Below are positions 19,687 to 29,504 of a stretch of DNA of 64,000 nt, piece after piece; the stretch's first letter is position 1, and every line of letters begins with the position of its first letter. Both the position numbers and the translations under genes were made by a program. The stretch comes from an uncultured Actinomycetota bacterium. GTDB lineage: Bacteria; Actinomycetota; Actinomycetes; Propionibacteriales; Nocardioidaceae. The stretch is taken from NCBI GenBank assembly GCA_963769585.1, contig CAVYMJ010000001.1, forward strand, positions 750,178 to 814,177, given 5' to 3'. The notes under the pieces were generated by a model that was not told where the DNA came from, did no database searches, and worked only from the letters and a program-made list of their open reading frames with translations.

Positions 19687-21039
19687 ATGTCGGTGCCGGA
19701 GCTGCTTCCGCTGCTGGCATGGGGCGAGATCGATTGGACGCTGCGCGACCTGAACACGGTCGGTGACTGGATCGCCTTCACCTCTATCCCCGTCTTCACC
19801 GCCACCGTCGGATGGTTGATCAACTGGACCGGCCTGATCATGCTTTTCAACCCGGTCTACTTCCGCGGGTTCAAGGTCCCCGGGATGGCGGACCTGGCCA
19901 AGCTGGCCCCCCGCAAGCTCCAGGAGGTTCCTGGCATCCTCCAGGGCGGTGTCGGCTGGCAGGGAATCGTCCCGGCCCGAGCGGCCAAGATGGGCAGCAT
20001 CGCCGTCGACAAGGCGATCGCCAAGCTCGGTACGCCGGGCGAGTTCTACCAGCAGCTCGAGCCGGACAAGATCGCCGAACACATCGTGAAGATCTTCGAG
20101 CCGGAGATCCCCGAGCTCGTCGACGACGTGATGCGACGAGGAAACCCGGGCTTCTGGCGCGACGTTCCCCAGGCGGGGAAGCGCGCGATCTTCGCCCGCG
20201 TCCAGCATCAGCTCCCCTCGGTGGTCAAGACGGTCACCGACGAGATCGGTACCCACATCGACCAGCTGCTTGACCCGAAGATCATGGTTATCGACCACTT
20301 CGAGAAGAACCCGGGTCTGGTCGTACGGATCTTCAAGGAGTTCGGCCAGCGTGAGCTCGGGCTGATGGTGACCTTCGGGTTCATCTTCGGCTTCCTGCTT
20401 GGCATCCCGGTAGCGCTCGCCGACCACTGGTTCCACCAGTGGTGGCTCCTCCCGGTGCTCGGCGTCTTCGTCGGTTGGACCACCAACTTCCTCGGGATGT
20501 GGCTCATCTTCGAGCCACCGAGGCCGACGCGGAAGTTCGGCGTCATGTTCCACGGGCTCTTCCTGCGCAGACAGAACGAGGCCGCGGAGGTCTACGCCCG
20601 GATCATCGCCGAGGACGTGATCACCCTGGAGCGGATCGGCGACTTTCTGCTCGACGGGCCGCGCGGGGACCGCACCCGACAGATGCTGGCGGCTGCGCTC
20701 GGTCCCGCGATCGACAAGGCAGCCGGGCCGGTCCGCGGCGCCGCCCGCGTGGCGATCGGCCGTCGCGCCTACGACAACATCAAGGACACCTTCGCCTCCG
20801 AGGCCGTGGACCGCACGATCACGCCGTTCAAGGACGAGGTGTTCTCCCGGCAGCAGGCCGAGAAGATTCGGGTGCTGGTCGCGGCGCGGACCAAGGAGCT
20901 TCCGCCGGAGGACTTCGTGGAGATGATGCGCTCGGCGATCAAGGAAGACGAGTGGATGCTGTACGCCCATGGCGCGATCATGGGACTGGCCGGTGGCTTC
21001 CTCCACCTGACGATCTTCGGAGTAGGCGGCGGCGGATGA
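19687..21039 (+). CDS. DUF445-family membrane protein
   Basis: 450 aa with N- and C-terminal TM segments around a long soluble region. The patterns WQGIVPARAAKMG and FGFIFGFLLG...HGAIMGLAGGFLH are as in DUF445/YheB-like proteins, recalled from memory. Confidence 0.65.
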   Translation: MSVPELLPLLAWGEIDWTLRDLNTVGDWIAFTSIPVFTATVGWLINWTGLIMLFNPVYFRGFKVPGMADLAKLAPRKLQEVPGILQGGVGWQGIVPARAAKMGSIAVDKAIAKLGTPGEFYQQLEPDKIAEHIVKIFEPEIPELVDDVMRRGNPGFWRDVPQAGKRAIFARVQHQLPSVVKTVTDEIGTHIDQLLDPKIMVIDHFEKNPGLVVRIFKEFGQRELGLMVTFGFIFGFLLGIPVALADHWFHQWWLLPVLGVFVGWTTNFLGMWLIFEPPRPTRKFGVMFHGLFLRRQNEAAEVYARIIAEDVITLERIGDFLLDGPRGDRTRQMLAAALGPAIDKAAGPVRGAARVAIGRRAYDNIKDTFASEAVDRTITPFKDEVFSRQQAEKIRVLVAARTKELPPEDFVEMMRSAIKEDEWMLYAHGAIMGLAGGFLHLTIFGVGGGG

Positions 21040-21058
21040 CCAGGGCATCGGAGGCATC

Positions 21059-21955
21059 ATGAACGACGAGCGGCTGCCCACTCGGGCTGGCGAGACTCCG
21101 GCGATGGACGCGCTACCCGGGCTGATGCGCATTGCCGCCACCTCGTGGCTGCGCACCACCGAATGGGGCGTCGTCGCCTCGGTCAAGGGGGCGCGCGCGC
21201 TGCTCAAGGCAGCGTCGAGCCCGTCGAACGCCATGGAGTTCGCCCAGGGCGTGGTCAACGCCTCCAGCGTGGTCGCCGACCTTGCCAAGGCGCTCAGCTC
21301 TGGCGTCCCGATCCCGCAGGCCGTCGTGGAGGTCAGTGCGGCCATTTCCGGGCCGCAGCAGGCGGCGGCGCAGAACGGTGCGCGCAACCGGCAGGAGCGG
21401 GTCGCGGCCTCGCTGCGCGAGCAGGGCGAAGAGCTCCTGATGAGGTCTCGCGACGTGTGGAACGACGACCAGGGCCACCCGGCGTACGCGCGCATCCTGT
21501 CCGAGCTGGCGCCTGACGAGGGTCGCATCCTGCTCCTCCTCATGCGGGACGGGCCGCAGCCCTCGATCGACGTGCGCACCGGAGGGCCGGTCGGCATGGT
21601 CAGCTCCAGGCTGGTCAAGTCCGGCCTCACCATGATCGGAGCACGTGCCGGGACCCGGTACGTCGACCAGGTGCCGTCGTACCTGCACAACCTGTTTCGC
21701 CTCGGCATGATCTGGTTCTCCCGGGAGCAGCTCAACGACCCGCTCAAGTACCAGGTGGTCGAGGCCCAGCCCGACGTCCTGGAAGCCATGCACTCGGTCC
21801 GGTCGGCGAAGGTGGTCCGCCGCAGCATCCACCTGACGCCCTTCGGCGAGGACTTCTGTCGCGCTGTCCTGGCGCCGGCCGACAAGCTCGTCGACCTCCC
21901 GGAGCACGCTGCCCCCAGGACCGGGGAGGCGGGCGAGCCGCCGTCGGCGCTCTAG
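21059..21955 (+). CDS. conserved hypothetical protein (possibly DUF4393/Abi-alpha-like; unverified)
   Basis: 298 aa. The frame is confirmed by G/C third-position bias. Conserved-looking core AYARILSELAPDEGRILLLLMRDGPQPSIDVRTGGP...YLHNLFRLGMIWFSRE. The family call is only a recollection. Confidence 0.55.
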   Translation: MNDERLPTRAGETPAMDALPGLMRIAATSWLRTTEWGVVASVKGARALLKAASSPSNAMEFAQGVVNASSVVADLAKALSSGVPIPQAVVEVSAAISGPQQAAAQNGARNRQERVAASLREQGEELLMRSRDVWNDDQGHPAYARILSELAPDEGRILLLLMRDGPQPSIDVRTGGPVGMVSSRLVKSGLTMIGARAGTRYVDQVPSYLHNLFRLGMIWFSREQLNDPLKYQVVEAQPDVLEAMHSVRSAKVVRRSIHLTPFGEDFCRAVLAPADKLVDLPEHAAPRTGEAGEPPSAL

Positions 21956-21970
21956 CCGAGGATTCCCAGA

Positions 21971-21991
21971 GTTGAGTGGAACAGACTCAAC
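21971..21991. promoter_or_regulatory. HspR operator (HAIR) GTTGAGT-N7-ACTCAAC upstream of clpB
   Basis: TTGAGT-GGAACAG-ACTCAA read directly, 54 bp before the clpB GTG 22045. Confidence 0.75.
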
Positions 21992-22044
21992 TTTGTAGGC
22001 GTTGATAGTGGGTGTCAGGACCGACGAGGGAGGGAGGCACCCGC

Positions 22045-24624
22045 GTGGATGCATCGAAGTTCACCAAGCGCAGCCAAGAGGCGATCAACGCCGCCATCCA
22101 GAGCGCCGTCGCCGCTGGGCACGCCCAGGTCGAGGCGGTGCACCTGCTTGCCGCGTTGCTGAGCCAGACCGACGGCATCATCCATCCGCTCCTGGAGGCC
22201 ACCGGTGCCTCCCCGGTGACGATCCAGGTCGCCGTCGATGCCGAGCTGCACAAGCTCGCAGCCGCGAGCGGGTCGACGGTCAGCGCTCCGTCGTACTCAC
22301 GCGCCGCCCTGCAGGTGCTCCAGCTCGCCCAGGACATCGGAGCCGAGCTGAAGGACGACTTCACCTCGACCGAGACCATCCTGATCGCGGTGGCCACGGT
22401 CGACTCGCCTGCTGCGACGGTGCTGAGGTCGAACGGTGCGACGGCGGAGGCGCTCCGGTCGGCGATGACGACCGTGCGCGGCTCGGTAAGGGTGACCAGC
22501 CAGGACCCGGAGTCGAGCTTCCAGGCGCTGGAGAAGTACGCAGTGGACCTGACCGCCCGAGCCCGCGAGGGTCGGATGGACCCGGTGATCGGTCGGGACG
22601 CCGAGATCCGCCGCGTGATCCAGGTGCTGTCGCGCCGTACCAAGAACAACCCGGTGCTGATCGGCGAGCCCGGCGTCGGCAAGACCGCGGTCGTCGAGGG
22701 GCTCGCCCAGCGCGTGGTCAGTGGCGACGTTCCCGACTCCCTCAAGGGGAAGCGGGTGATGTCGCTCGACCTGGCGGCGATGGTCGCGGGTGCGAAGTAC
22801 CGCGGCGAGTTCGAGGAGCGACTCAAGGCGGTGCTCACCGAGATCAAGGACGCCGAGGGCCGGATCGTCACCTTCATCGACGAGCTGCACACCGTCGTCG
22901 GGGCCGGTGCTGGCGGCGACTCCGCGATGGACGCAGGCAACATGCTCAAGCCGATGCTGGCTCGCGGCGAGCTGCACATGATCGGCGCCACGACGCTGGA
23001 CGAGTACCGCGAGCGGATCGAGAAGGACCCCGCCCTCGAGCGCCGCTTCCAGCAGGTCTACGTCGACGAGCCCTCGGTCGAGGACACCATCCAGATCCTG
23101 CGTGGCATCCAGGAGAAGTACGAGGCCCACCACGGCGTACGGATCACCGACGCAGCCCTGGTCGCCGCCGCGACCCTCTCGGACCGCTACATCAGCGGTC
23201 GCCAGCTCCCCGACAAGGCGATCGACCTCATCGACGAGGCTTCCTCGCGACTGCGGATGGAGCACGAGTCCTCTCCCGAGGAGATCGACCAGCTCCGTCG
23301 TGCCGTCAACCGGCTCAAGATGGAGGAGTTCGCGCTCGCCAAGGAGACCGACGAGGGCTCCAAGGAGCGGCTGGCCAGCCTGCGTAAGGACCTCGCCGAC
23401 AAGGAGGAAGAGCTGCGTGCGCTGGATGCTCGCTGGGAGCGCGAGAAGTCCACCCTCGAAGGCGAGGGCGAGCTCCGCCGCGAACTCGACGCCCTTCGGA
23501 TCGAGGCAGACCGGCTGCTGCGTGATGGCAAGCTCGAGGAAGCCAGCGAGATCAACTACGGCAAGGTCCCCGAGCTCGCGAGGAGGCTTGCCGAACTGGA
23601 GAAGGTCGACCACCTGGGCATCGAGCCGCTGGTCGGCGACGAGGTGGGACCCGAGGAGATCGCCGACGTGGTCGAAGCCTGGACCGGGATCCCTACCGGC
23701 CGGCTGCTCGAAGGGGAGACCGCCAAGCTGCTGCGCATGGAGGAGGTGATCGGCCAGCGGCTGATCGGCCAGAAGGCAGCAGTCAACGCGGTCGCCGACG
23801 CCGTACGACGGTCGCGGGCCGGTATCTCCGACCCGAACCGACCGACCGGGAGCTTCCTCTTCCTGGGGCCGACCGGCGTCGGCAAGACCGAGCTCGCCAA
23901 GGCGCTGGCCGACTTCCTGTTCGACGACGAGCATGCGATGGTGCGCATCGACATGAGCGAGTACTCCGAGAAGCACTCGGTGTCGCGGCTGGTCGGGGCG
24001 CCTCCCGGCTATGTGGGGTACGACGAGGGTGGGCAGCTCACCGAAGCCGTCCGGCGCCGCCCCTACTCCGTCGTGCTGCTCGACGAGGTGGAGAAGGCAC
24101 ACCCGGAGGTCTTCGACATCCTGCTGCAGGTGCTCGACGACGGCCGGCTGACCGACGGTCAGGGCCGAACGGTCGACTTCCGCAACGTCGTCCTGATCCT
24201 GACCAGCAACCTAGGCTCGGCCTACCTGGTGGACCCCACGCTGGACGCGGACAAGAAGCGCGAGTCGGTGATGGCGCTGCTGCGGCAGGCCTTCAAGCCG
24301 GAGTTCCTCAACCGGCTCGACGAGACCGTGCTCTTCGACGCGCTCACCAAGGACGACCTGACCCACATCGTCGATCTGCAGCTGGAGCTCCTCGCTGCCC
24401 GCCTGGCCCCGCGGCGGATCACGCTGGAGGTCACCGAGTCTGCCCAGGAGTGGCTGGCCGAGACCGGCTTCGACCCGGCGTACGGCGCCCGCCCGCTCAA
24501 GCGGCTGATCCAGTCCGCGATCGGCGACCCTCTGGCGAAGATGCTGATCGGAGGCGAGGTCAACGACGGCCAGCACGTCGTGGTGGACACCGGCGTCGAG
24601 GGGCTCTCGCTGAAGCGCTCGTAA
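22045..24624 (+). CDS. clpB: ATP-dependent chaperone/disaggregase ClpB
   Basis: GAGGGAGGGAGG lies 8 nt before GTG 22045. Two AAA+ modules (Walker A GEPGVGKT and GPTGVGKT) with a long coiled-coil middle domain between them. Confidence 0.97.
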   Translation: MDASKFTKRSQEAINAAIQSAVAAGHAQVEAVHLLAALLSQTDGIIHPLLEATGASPVTIQVAVDAELHKLAAASGSTVSAPSYSRAALQVLQLAQDIGAELKDDFTSTETILIAVATVDSPAATVLRSNGATAEALRSAMTTVRGSVRVTSQDPESSFQALEKYAVDLTARAREGRMDPVIGRDAEIRRVIQVLSRRTKNNPVLIGEPGVGKTAVVEGLAQRVVSGDVPDSLKGKRVMSLDLAAMVAGAKYRGEFEERLKAVLTEIKDAEGRIVTFIDELHTVVGAGAGGDSAMDAGNMLKPMLARGELHMIGATTLDEYRERIEKDPALERRFQQVYVDEPSVEDTIQILRGIQEKYEAHHGVRITDAALVAAATLSDRYISGRQLPDKAIDLIDEASSRLRMEHESSPEEIDQLRRAVNRLKMEEFALAKETDEGSKERLASLRKDLADKEEELRALDARWEREKSTLEGEGELRRELDALRIEADRLLRDGKLEEASEINYGKVPELARRLAELEKVDHLGIEPLVGDEVGPEEIADVVEAWTGIPTGRLLEGETAKLLRMEEVIGQRLIGQKAAVNAVADAVRRSRAGISDPNRPTGSFLFLGPTGVGKTELAKALADFLFDDEHAMVRIDMSEYSEKHSVSRLVGAPPGYVGYDEGGQLTEAVRRRPYSVVLLDEVEKAHPEVFDILLQVLDDGRLTDGQGRTVDFRNVVLILTSNLGSAYLVDPTLDADKKRESVMALLRQAFKPEFLNRLDETVLFDALTKDDLTHIVDLQLELLAARLAPRRITLEVTESAQEWLAETGFDPAYGARPLKRLIQSAIGDPLAKMLIGGEVNDGQHVVVDTGVEGLSLKRS

Positions 24625-24639
24625 TGCCATGATGCGCGG

Positions 24640-26385
24640 GTGAGGTTCTTCGCGGACGCCCGCAAGCGGTGGTTCCTCCTCGCTCTGGCCTGGGTCGTGC
24701 TGGTTCTCCTCGGCTTCGGCGGCTTCGTGGAGCAGTCGCGGGTCGAGGACTCGGGCCGGTCCGTGCTCGACAACCTGTACCTCACCATGCAGCTTGCGGT
24801 GCTCTCCTACGGCGACACCTCGTCCAGCCTGAACTGGCGACTGGAGGTCGCCCGCTTCGCGGCGCCCCTGATGGCCACCGGAACCCTGATCCAGGCCGCC
24901 TCGGTGGTGTTCCGCGACCAGTTCGAACGGCTCCGGCTGCGCCGCTTCCGCGGACACACCGTGGTGTGCGGCCTCGGAGTGTCGGGGACTCGGCTCGCCC
25001 TGGCGCTGGCTGCGGAAGGGCGCCAGGTCGTCGGCGTGGATCCCAACCCGGCCGGCCCTGGCCTGGCGACTCTGAGGGCACACGACATCCCCTGCCTGGC
25101 AGGTGACCCTACGGACGGGGAGGTTCTGCACGCGGTGCGTCTCGACCGTGCGTCTGGGCTGGTCGCCCTGTGCGCCACGGACGCGCTCAACGTGGCCGTC
25201 GCGATGGCTGCGCGTCGGGTTCCTCGGCCTCGGCGCGCGGTCGACCTGCGCTGCACGGTCCACCTCGATGACGCCGAGCTCACCGAGTTCCTGCGCGGCT
25301 CAGGTCTGGGTGGCGACGAGGCGGTACGCGTCGAGTTCTTCAACCTCCACGACCGCGGTGCGCGCGCTCTGCTCGCCGAGCACCTGGTGCTCGAGCCCGG
25401 GACCACGCCGCACCTGGTCGTGGTGGGGCTTGGCCAGCTGGGCAGGTCACTGGTGGTCGCGGCGGCCCAGCAGTGGGCCGAGGTGGGAGCTGGCCGGTTG
25501 GTCGTCACCGTGGTCGACCGGGAGGCATCGTCGCGGTGGCTGAGCCTGGGTATGCAGCATCCGGGTCTGGTCGATGTGGTGGACGTGGAGCTCCTCAGCT
25601 TCGACGTGGAGGCGCCGACGCCCGCCGGTCTGGCCGAGCTCACCGAGCGCGTCACCCTGGTGCGGCCAGCCCTGGTCGCAGTCGTGCTCGACGACGAGTC
25701 GCTCGCGCTGGCGACCGGTCTCTTCCTGCAACGGCTGCTCGACGACGGCGACATCCCGGTGGTGGTCCGTACCCGGGGGGACCAGGGGCTCGGCGAGGTG
25801 GTGGCCTCGGAGGTGGCTGGGGAGCCCAGGTTCCCAGGGCTGGAGCTGTTCCCGCTGCTGGACCGGGCCTGCTCTCCCGCGCTGATCGAGGGCGGGGTCC
25901 GCGAGCAGCTCGCCCGAGCCGTCTACGAGGACCACCTGGCTCGCGCCGGGGTCCGCGGGGTGTACGAGCCACCGTGGCAGGACCTCAGCGACGAGCAGCG
26001 CGAGCTCAGCCGCGAGGCGGCCGACGGGCTGGTCGACCAAGTGGCCGCGATCGGGTTCGAGCTGATGCCGCTGCGGCACTGGGGTGGTACCAGGGATCCG
26101 TTCAGTGCCGCGGAGGTCGAGGCGCTGGCCGAGTCGGACCACGACCGGTGGCGAGAACGCCGGGAGGCCGCCGGCTGGCGGTACGGCGAGGTGCGCGACG
26201 AGGCGCAGTTGGTCACGCCTCAGCTGGTGCCCTGGAAGGACCTCGCGCCGAAGTGGCGGGAGTACAACCTGAGCAGGATCCGGGCCATGCCGGTGCTGCT
26301 CGCGCGCGCCGGCTTCGAGCTGGCGCGCGAGGAGGTACGCGTGGCGTCCGCCGCCTCTCAGCCGGGAACCGGTCCGCCCTCGTAG
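24640..26385 (+). CDS. membrane protein: 2-TM channel-like N-terminus + two Rossmann/RCK (TrkA-N-like) domains + C-terminal RyR domain
   Basis: TM1 WFLLALAWVVLVLLGFGGFV; pore-helix-like NLYLTMQLAVLSYGD; TM2 EVARFAAPLMATGTLIQAASVVF. GxGxxG turns VVCGLGVSGTRLA and VVVGLGQLGRSLV. The C-terminus DHDRWRERREAAGWRYGEVRDEAQLVTPQLVPWKDL resembles the RyR repeat. The GTG start lacks a clear RBS. Confidence 0.65.
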   Translation: MRFFADARKRWFLLALAWVVLVLLGFGGFVEQSRVEDSGRSVLDNLYLTMQLAVLSYGDTSSSLNWRLEVARFAAPLMATGTLIQAASVVFRDQFERLRLRRFRGHTVVCGLGVSGTRLALALAAEGRQVVGVDPNPAGPGLATLRAHDIPCLAGDPTDGEVLHAVRLDRASGLVALCATDALNVAVAMAARRVPRPRRAVDLRCTVHLDDAELTEFLRGSGLGGDEAVRVEFFNLHDRGARALLAEHLVLEPGTTPHLVVVGLGQLGRSLVVAAAQQWAEVGAGRLVVTVVDREASSRWLSLGMQHPGLVDVVDVELLSFDVEAPTPAGLAELTERVTLVRPALVAVVLDDESLALATGLFLQRLLDDGDIPVVVRTRGDQGLGEVVASEVAGEPRFPGLELFPLLDRACSPALIEGGVREQLARAVYEDHLARAGVRGVYEPPWQDLSDEQRELSREAADGLVDQVAAIGFELMPLRHWGGTRDPFSAAEVEALAESDHDRWRERREAAGWRYGEVRDEAQLVTPQLVPWKDLAPKWREYNLSRIRAMPVLLARAGFELAREEVRVASAASQPGTGPPS

Positions 26386-27281
26386 CACCACTGGAAGGCG
26401 CCAGCGTCCGGCAGGAGCTCGCGGCCCACTTCGGCGATCGCCTTCGACATCGCCGGGGTGATGCCGTCCTCCTGGCTCACGCCGGCGCGCCCGCGCCGGA
26501 TCATCGCGCCTGGTCTCAGCCAGGGGACCTGCGAGACGCTGCGCAGGTCGAACTTCTCCGAGTGCGCCTTCATCCAGCTGAACGAGGTGTACTCCAGTAC
26601 CCGTTCCCAGTCGTCGCGGGACGGAGCGAAGCCCAGGAAGTCCGCGACCTTGCGGATCGAGCCGCCGTGATCGGCGACCATGTCGGAGTAGTGCAGCATC
26701 AAGACTCGGGCATCGTGTCGATGGGGCCACCACCGCGCCACGAAGTCGAAGACTCTGGGCCCGAAGGTAGGCAGTCCGAGGTCGTCGAAGAAGTCCGCGA
26801 AGGTCGGGTAGGTGAGCATGTCGCCCGGGAGCCCCCACTGCTCGATGAACTCCGGCGTGTGACTTGCCAGGAACGGGCGGACGGAGGCCACGACCTCGTC
26901 CGGGTTGCGGACCACGACCACGTACCTCACGTCAGAGCCCTCGCCCCGGGGCCAGAACGGCAGGACGCCCGGGGCGGCATGGGTCTTGAATGCTCGCCGT
27001 CGGTCCGCCGGCAGCTGGTCGATGGCAGCGGTCAGGACCTCAAGCGAGTGGGCGGGGGAGGGACAGGCCTCCAGCCACGGCACCTCGGCGTACACGTCGA
27101 GGAAGTCGGGGTCACCGCTGCTGCGCAGCTGGTGCACGATGTTCATCGTCCAGGTCGTCCCGCTCTTGGGCGGGACCGAGATGACGATGTCGCCGTTCCG
27201 CCAGGCGATGTGCTGCTGAACCCGCCGGTCGATCCACGGAGGTCCGCTCTCCGGCTCTTCTAGGGTGTCGGGATCGGCCAT
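26358..27281 (-). CDS. sulfotransferase (Sulfotransfer_1, cytosolic-SULT-like)
   Basis: 5'-PSB loop VPPKSGTTW, the same loop as in animal SULTs, and a 3'-PB-like IRRGRAG. ATG 27281 (MADPDTL) is preferred over 27329. The 3' end overlaps the convergent gene by 28 bp. Confidence 0.8.
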   Translation of the reverse strand: MADPDTLEEPESGPPWIDRRVQQHIAWRNGDIVISVPPKSGTTWTMNIVHQLRSSGDPDFLDVYAEVPWLEACPSPAHSLEVLTAAIDQLPADRRRAFKTHAAPGVLPFWPRGEGSDVRYVVVVRNPDEVVASVRPFLASHTPEFIEQWGLPGDMLTYPTFADFFDDLGLPTFGPRVFDFVARWWPHRHDARVLMLHYSDMVADHGGSIRKVADFLGFAPSRDDWERVLEYTSFSWMKAHSEKFDLRSVSQVPWLRPGAMIRRGRAGVSQEDGITPAMSKAIAEVGRELLPDAGAFQWCYEGGPVPG

Positions 27282-27371
27282 CGCGCCAGCGTACGCACTC
27301 TCAGCAGCATCCGCAGGCCTCGCGGTCACCGGCTGGCCCGGCGGGCGCCTGGACCCTTCGCTGCCGCGAGG

Positions 27372-29411
27372 TCAGCTCACTTCAGAGCCGTCACCATGCG
27401 GTGGCCAGGTCTTGGCGACCAGGGTCAGCACGTCGTAGGTCGCGACAGGCTGGTCCTCCTGGTTGGTCACCACGCAGTCCCAACGCACCTCGCCGTAGTC
27501 CGCGGTCGCGCGAGGGGTGATCTGCTTGACGGTGAGATGCACCTGGATGGTGTCGCCGGCCTTGACCGGGGTGAGGAACCGCAGGCTGTCGACGCCGAAG
27601 TTGGCCAGCACCGGCCCCGGGTTGGGCTCGACGAAGAGGCCGGCGGCCAATGAGACCACCAGGTAGCCGTGCGCGACGATGCCGCCGAAGAGGGGGTTGG
27701 CAGTGGCAGCCTCCGGGTCGGTGTGGGCGTAGAACGTGTCACCGGTGAACTCGGCGAAGTGGTCGATGTCCGCCAGGGTGACCGTGCGGGTCGGCGTCTC
27801 TACCGAGTCGCCGATCTTCATCTCGGCCAGGCTCTTGCGGAACGGGTGGGTGCTGTCGAGCGACCGCAGCGACCCCAGCGCCCAGCGGCCGGTGATGGCC
27901 GTCATCATGTCGGGCGAGGCCTGGATGGCGGTGCGCTGCATGTGGTGAAGCACGCCGCGTATGCCGCCGAGCTCCTCACCGCCACCGGCGCGGCCAGGCC
28001 CACCGTGCACCAGCATCGGCAGCGGCGAGCCGTGGCCGGTCGACTCGGGGGCGTCGTCGCGGTCCAGCACCAGGATCCGTCCGTGCCACGGTGCCAGCCC
28101 GAGGGTGACCTGACGGGCTACCCCCGGGTCATGGGTGACCAGCGAGCCCACCAGGGAGCCGCGGCCCCGCGCGGCAAGGGCGATCGCCTCATCCACGGTG
28201 TCGTAGCCGATCACGGTGCTGACCGGCCCGAACGGCTCAACGTCGTGTGCCTCGGTTGCGCCCGCACGCGCGCGGAGCAGCACCGGCGCCATGAAGGCAC
28301 CGCGTTCGTCGGCGACGACAGCCTCCGGGTCGCCGTACGCGATCTCGGCGGAGCTGCGCAGCGCCTCGACCGCTTTGCGGACCTCGTCGCGCTGGGCGAG
28401 GGAGGCAAGGGGGCCCATCCGTACTTCCTCATCGGCCGGGTTGCCCACTGTCACGCGCGCGAGCCGCTCGGCGAGCGCGGAGACCACGGTGTCCTGCATG
28501 CCGGCAGGGACGATGGTCCTCCTGATAGCGGTGCACTTCTGACCGGCCTTGACGGTCATCTCGGTAACCACGCCCTTGACGAACAGGTCGAACTCCGGCG
28601 CGTCGGCGGTGACATCGGGACCGAGGATCGAGCAGTTCAACGAGTCCGCCTCGACCCCGAGCGTGACCCCGCCGTGCAGCACGGCTGAGTGAGTTCGCAG
28701 GATGCCGGCAGTGTGGGCCGACCCGGTGAACGCGACCGAGTCCTGAACGCTCAGCTCGTCGAGCAGCGAGCCTGCGCTGCCGCAGAGCAGCTGCAGCGAT
28801 CCCTGCGGCAGGATGCCCGACTCGATGATCCGCCGCACCACGGCCTCGGTCAGGTAGGCCGTCTGCGAGGCCGGCTTCACGATCGTCGGAAGCCCAGCCA
28901 GGAACGCGGGGGCGAGCTTCTCGAGCATGCCCCAGACCGGGAAGTTGAAGGCGTTGATCTGGACAGCGACGCCGGGCCGCGACGTGTACAGGTGCTGACC
29001 CAGGAACCGGCCGCCGCGACCCAGCTGCTCCAGCGAGCCGTCCATCACGATCGTGTCGTTGGGCAGCTCCCGGGTGCCCTTGCTGGCATAGCTGAAGACC
29101 GTGCCGAAGCCGCCGTCGATGTCCACCATCGAGTCGGCGCGGGTGGCACCGGTCCTCAGCGAGAGCGCGTAGAGGGAGTCCTTCTCGGCGCCCAACTGCT
29201 TCCCGAGCGCCTTGAGCAGGCCGGCCCGCTCGTGGAAGGTCAGCTCTCGGATGGCAGGGCCCCCGACGTTTCGGGCGTGGTCGACCATGGCGGTCAGGTC
29301 CACACCGCGGCTCGAGATGCGGGTGACCTCCTCGCCGGTCGCGGCATCGAGCAGCGGCGCTCCCTCATCGTCAGCTCGGAACCACCTGCCTGCGGCGTAG
29401 CTCTCCAGCAC
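27372..29411 (-). CDS. paaZ: bifunctional PaaZ (aldehyde dehydrogenase + MaoC-type hydratase; oxepin-CoA hydrolase / 3-oxo-5,6-dehydrosuberyl-CoA semialdehyde dehydrogenase)
   Basis: 679 aa with an N-terminal ALDH fold and a C-terminal hot-dog MaoC domain ([14 protein letters not shown]...GGIVAHG). It is divergent from paaA. Confidence 0.85.
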   Translation of the reverse strand: MLESYAAGRWFRADDEGAPLLDAATGEEVTRISSRGVDLTAMVDHARNVGGPAIRELTFHERAGLLKALGKQLGAEKDSLYALSLRTGATRADSMVDIDGGFGTVFSYASKGTRELPNDTIVMDGSLEQLGRGGRFLGQHLYTSRPGVAVQINAFNFPVWGMLEKLAPAFLAGLPTIVKPASQTAYLTEAVVRRIIESGILPQGSLQLLCGSAGSLLDELSVQDSVAFTGSAHTAGILRTHSAVLHGGVTLGVEADSLNCSILGPDVTADAPEFDLFVKGVVTEMTVKAGQKCTAIRRTIVPAGMQDTVVSALAERLARVTVGNPADEEVRMGPLASLAQRDEVRKAVEALRSSAEIAYGDPEAVVADERGAFMAPVLLRARAGATEAHDVEPFGPVSTVIGYDTVDEAIALAARGRGSLVGSLVTHDPGVARQVTLGLAPWHGRILVLDRDDAPESTGHGSPLPMLVHGGPGRAGGGEELGGIRGVLHHMQRTAIQASPDMMTAITGRWALGSLRSLDSTHPFRKSLAEMKIGDSVETPTRTVTLADIDHFAEFTGDTFYAHTDPEAATANPLFGGIVAHGYLVVSLAAGLFVEPNPGPVLANFGVDSLRFLTPVKAGDTIQVHLTVKQITPRATADYGEVRWDCVVTNQEDQPVATYDVLTLVAKTWPPHGDGSEVS

Positions 29412-29470
29412 GGTCGCTTCCCTTCGTTGTCCGGTTCGTTGCCCGGTCCACGTTCCCGTGTCAGACTATT

Positions 29471-29488
29471 ACTGACCGAACGGTCTGT
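29471..29488. promoter_or_regulatory. imperfect palindrome ACTGACCG-AA-CGGTCTGT in the paaZ/paaA divergent gap (candidate PaaR operator)
   Basis: Read directly. The 8-bp arms have one mismatched pair. It is 17 bp before the paaA ATG. A TetR gene ends the cluster. Confidence 0.45.
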
Positions 29489-29504
29489 AAATCCTGGAGG
29501 TGGC

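Noticed and set aside
19312-21885. 857-aa minus-strand ORF, the longest non-annotated ORF near the heat-shock block
   Set aside because: It is antisense to hspR, the DUF445 gene and the 298-aa gene. The translation is Arg/Pro/Ser/Gly-rich with no motifs. The plus-strand frames carry the G/C third-position bias. It is a typical high-GC shadow ORF.
22297-24102. 601-aa minus-strand ORF
   Set aside because: It is antisense to clpB (two Walker A motifs on the plus strand) and is a shadow ORF.
25473-27263. 596-aa plus-strand ORF crossing the RyR-domain gene and the sulfotransferase gene
   Set aside because: It is out of frame with the first gene and antisense to the second. The product is extremely Arg/Gly/Pro-rich.
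28689-29504. N-terminal 272-codon extension of the paaA ORF in the track (588 aa)
   Set aside because: The extension is antisense to paaZ. PaaA homology begins at ATG 29505, which has a GGAGG RBS.
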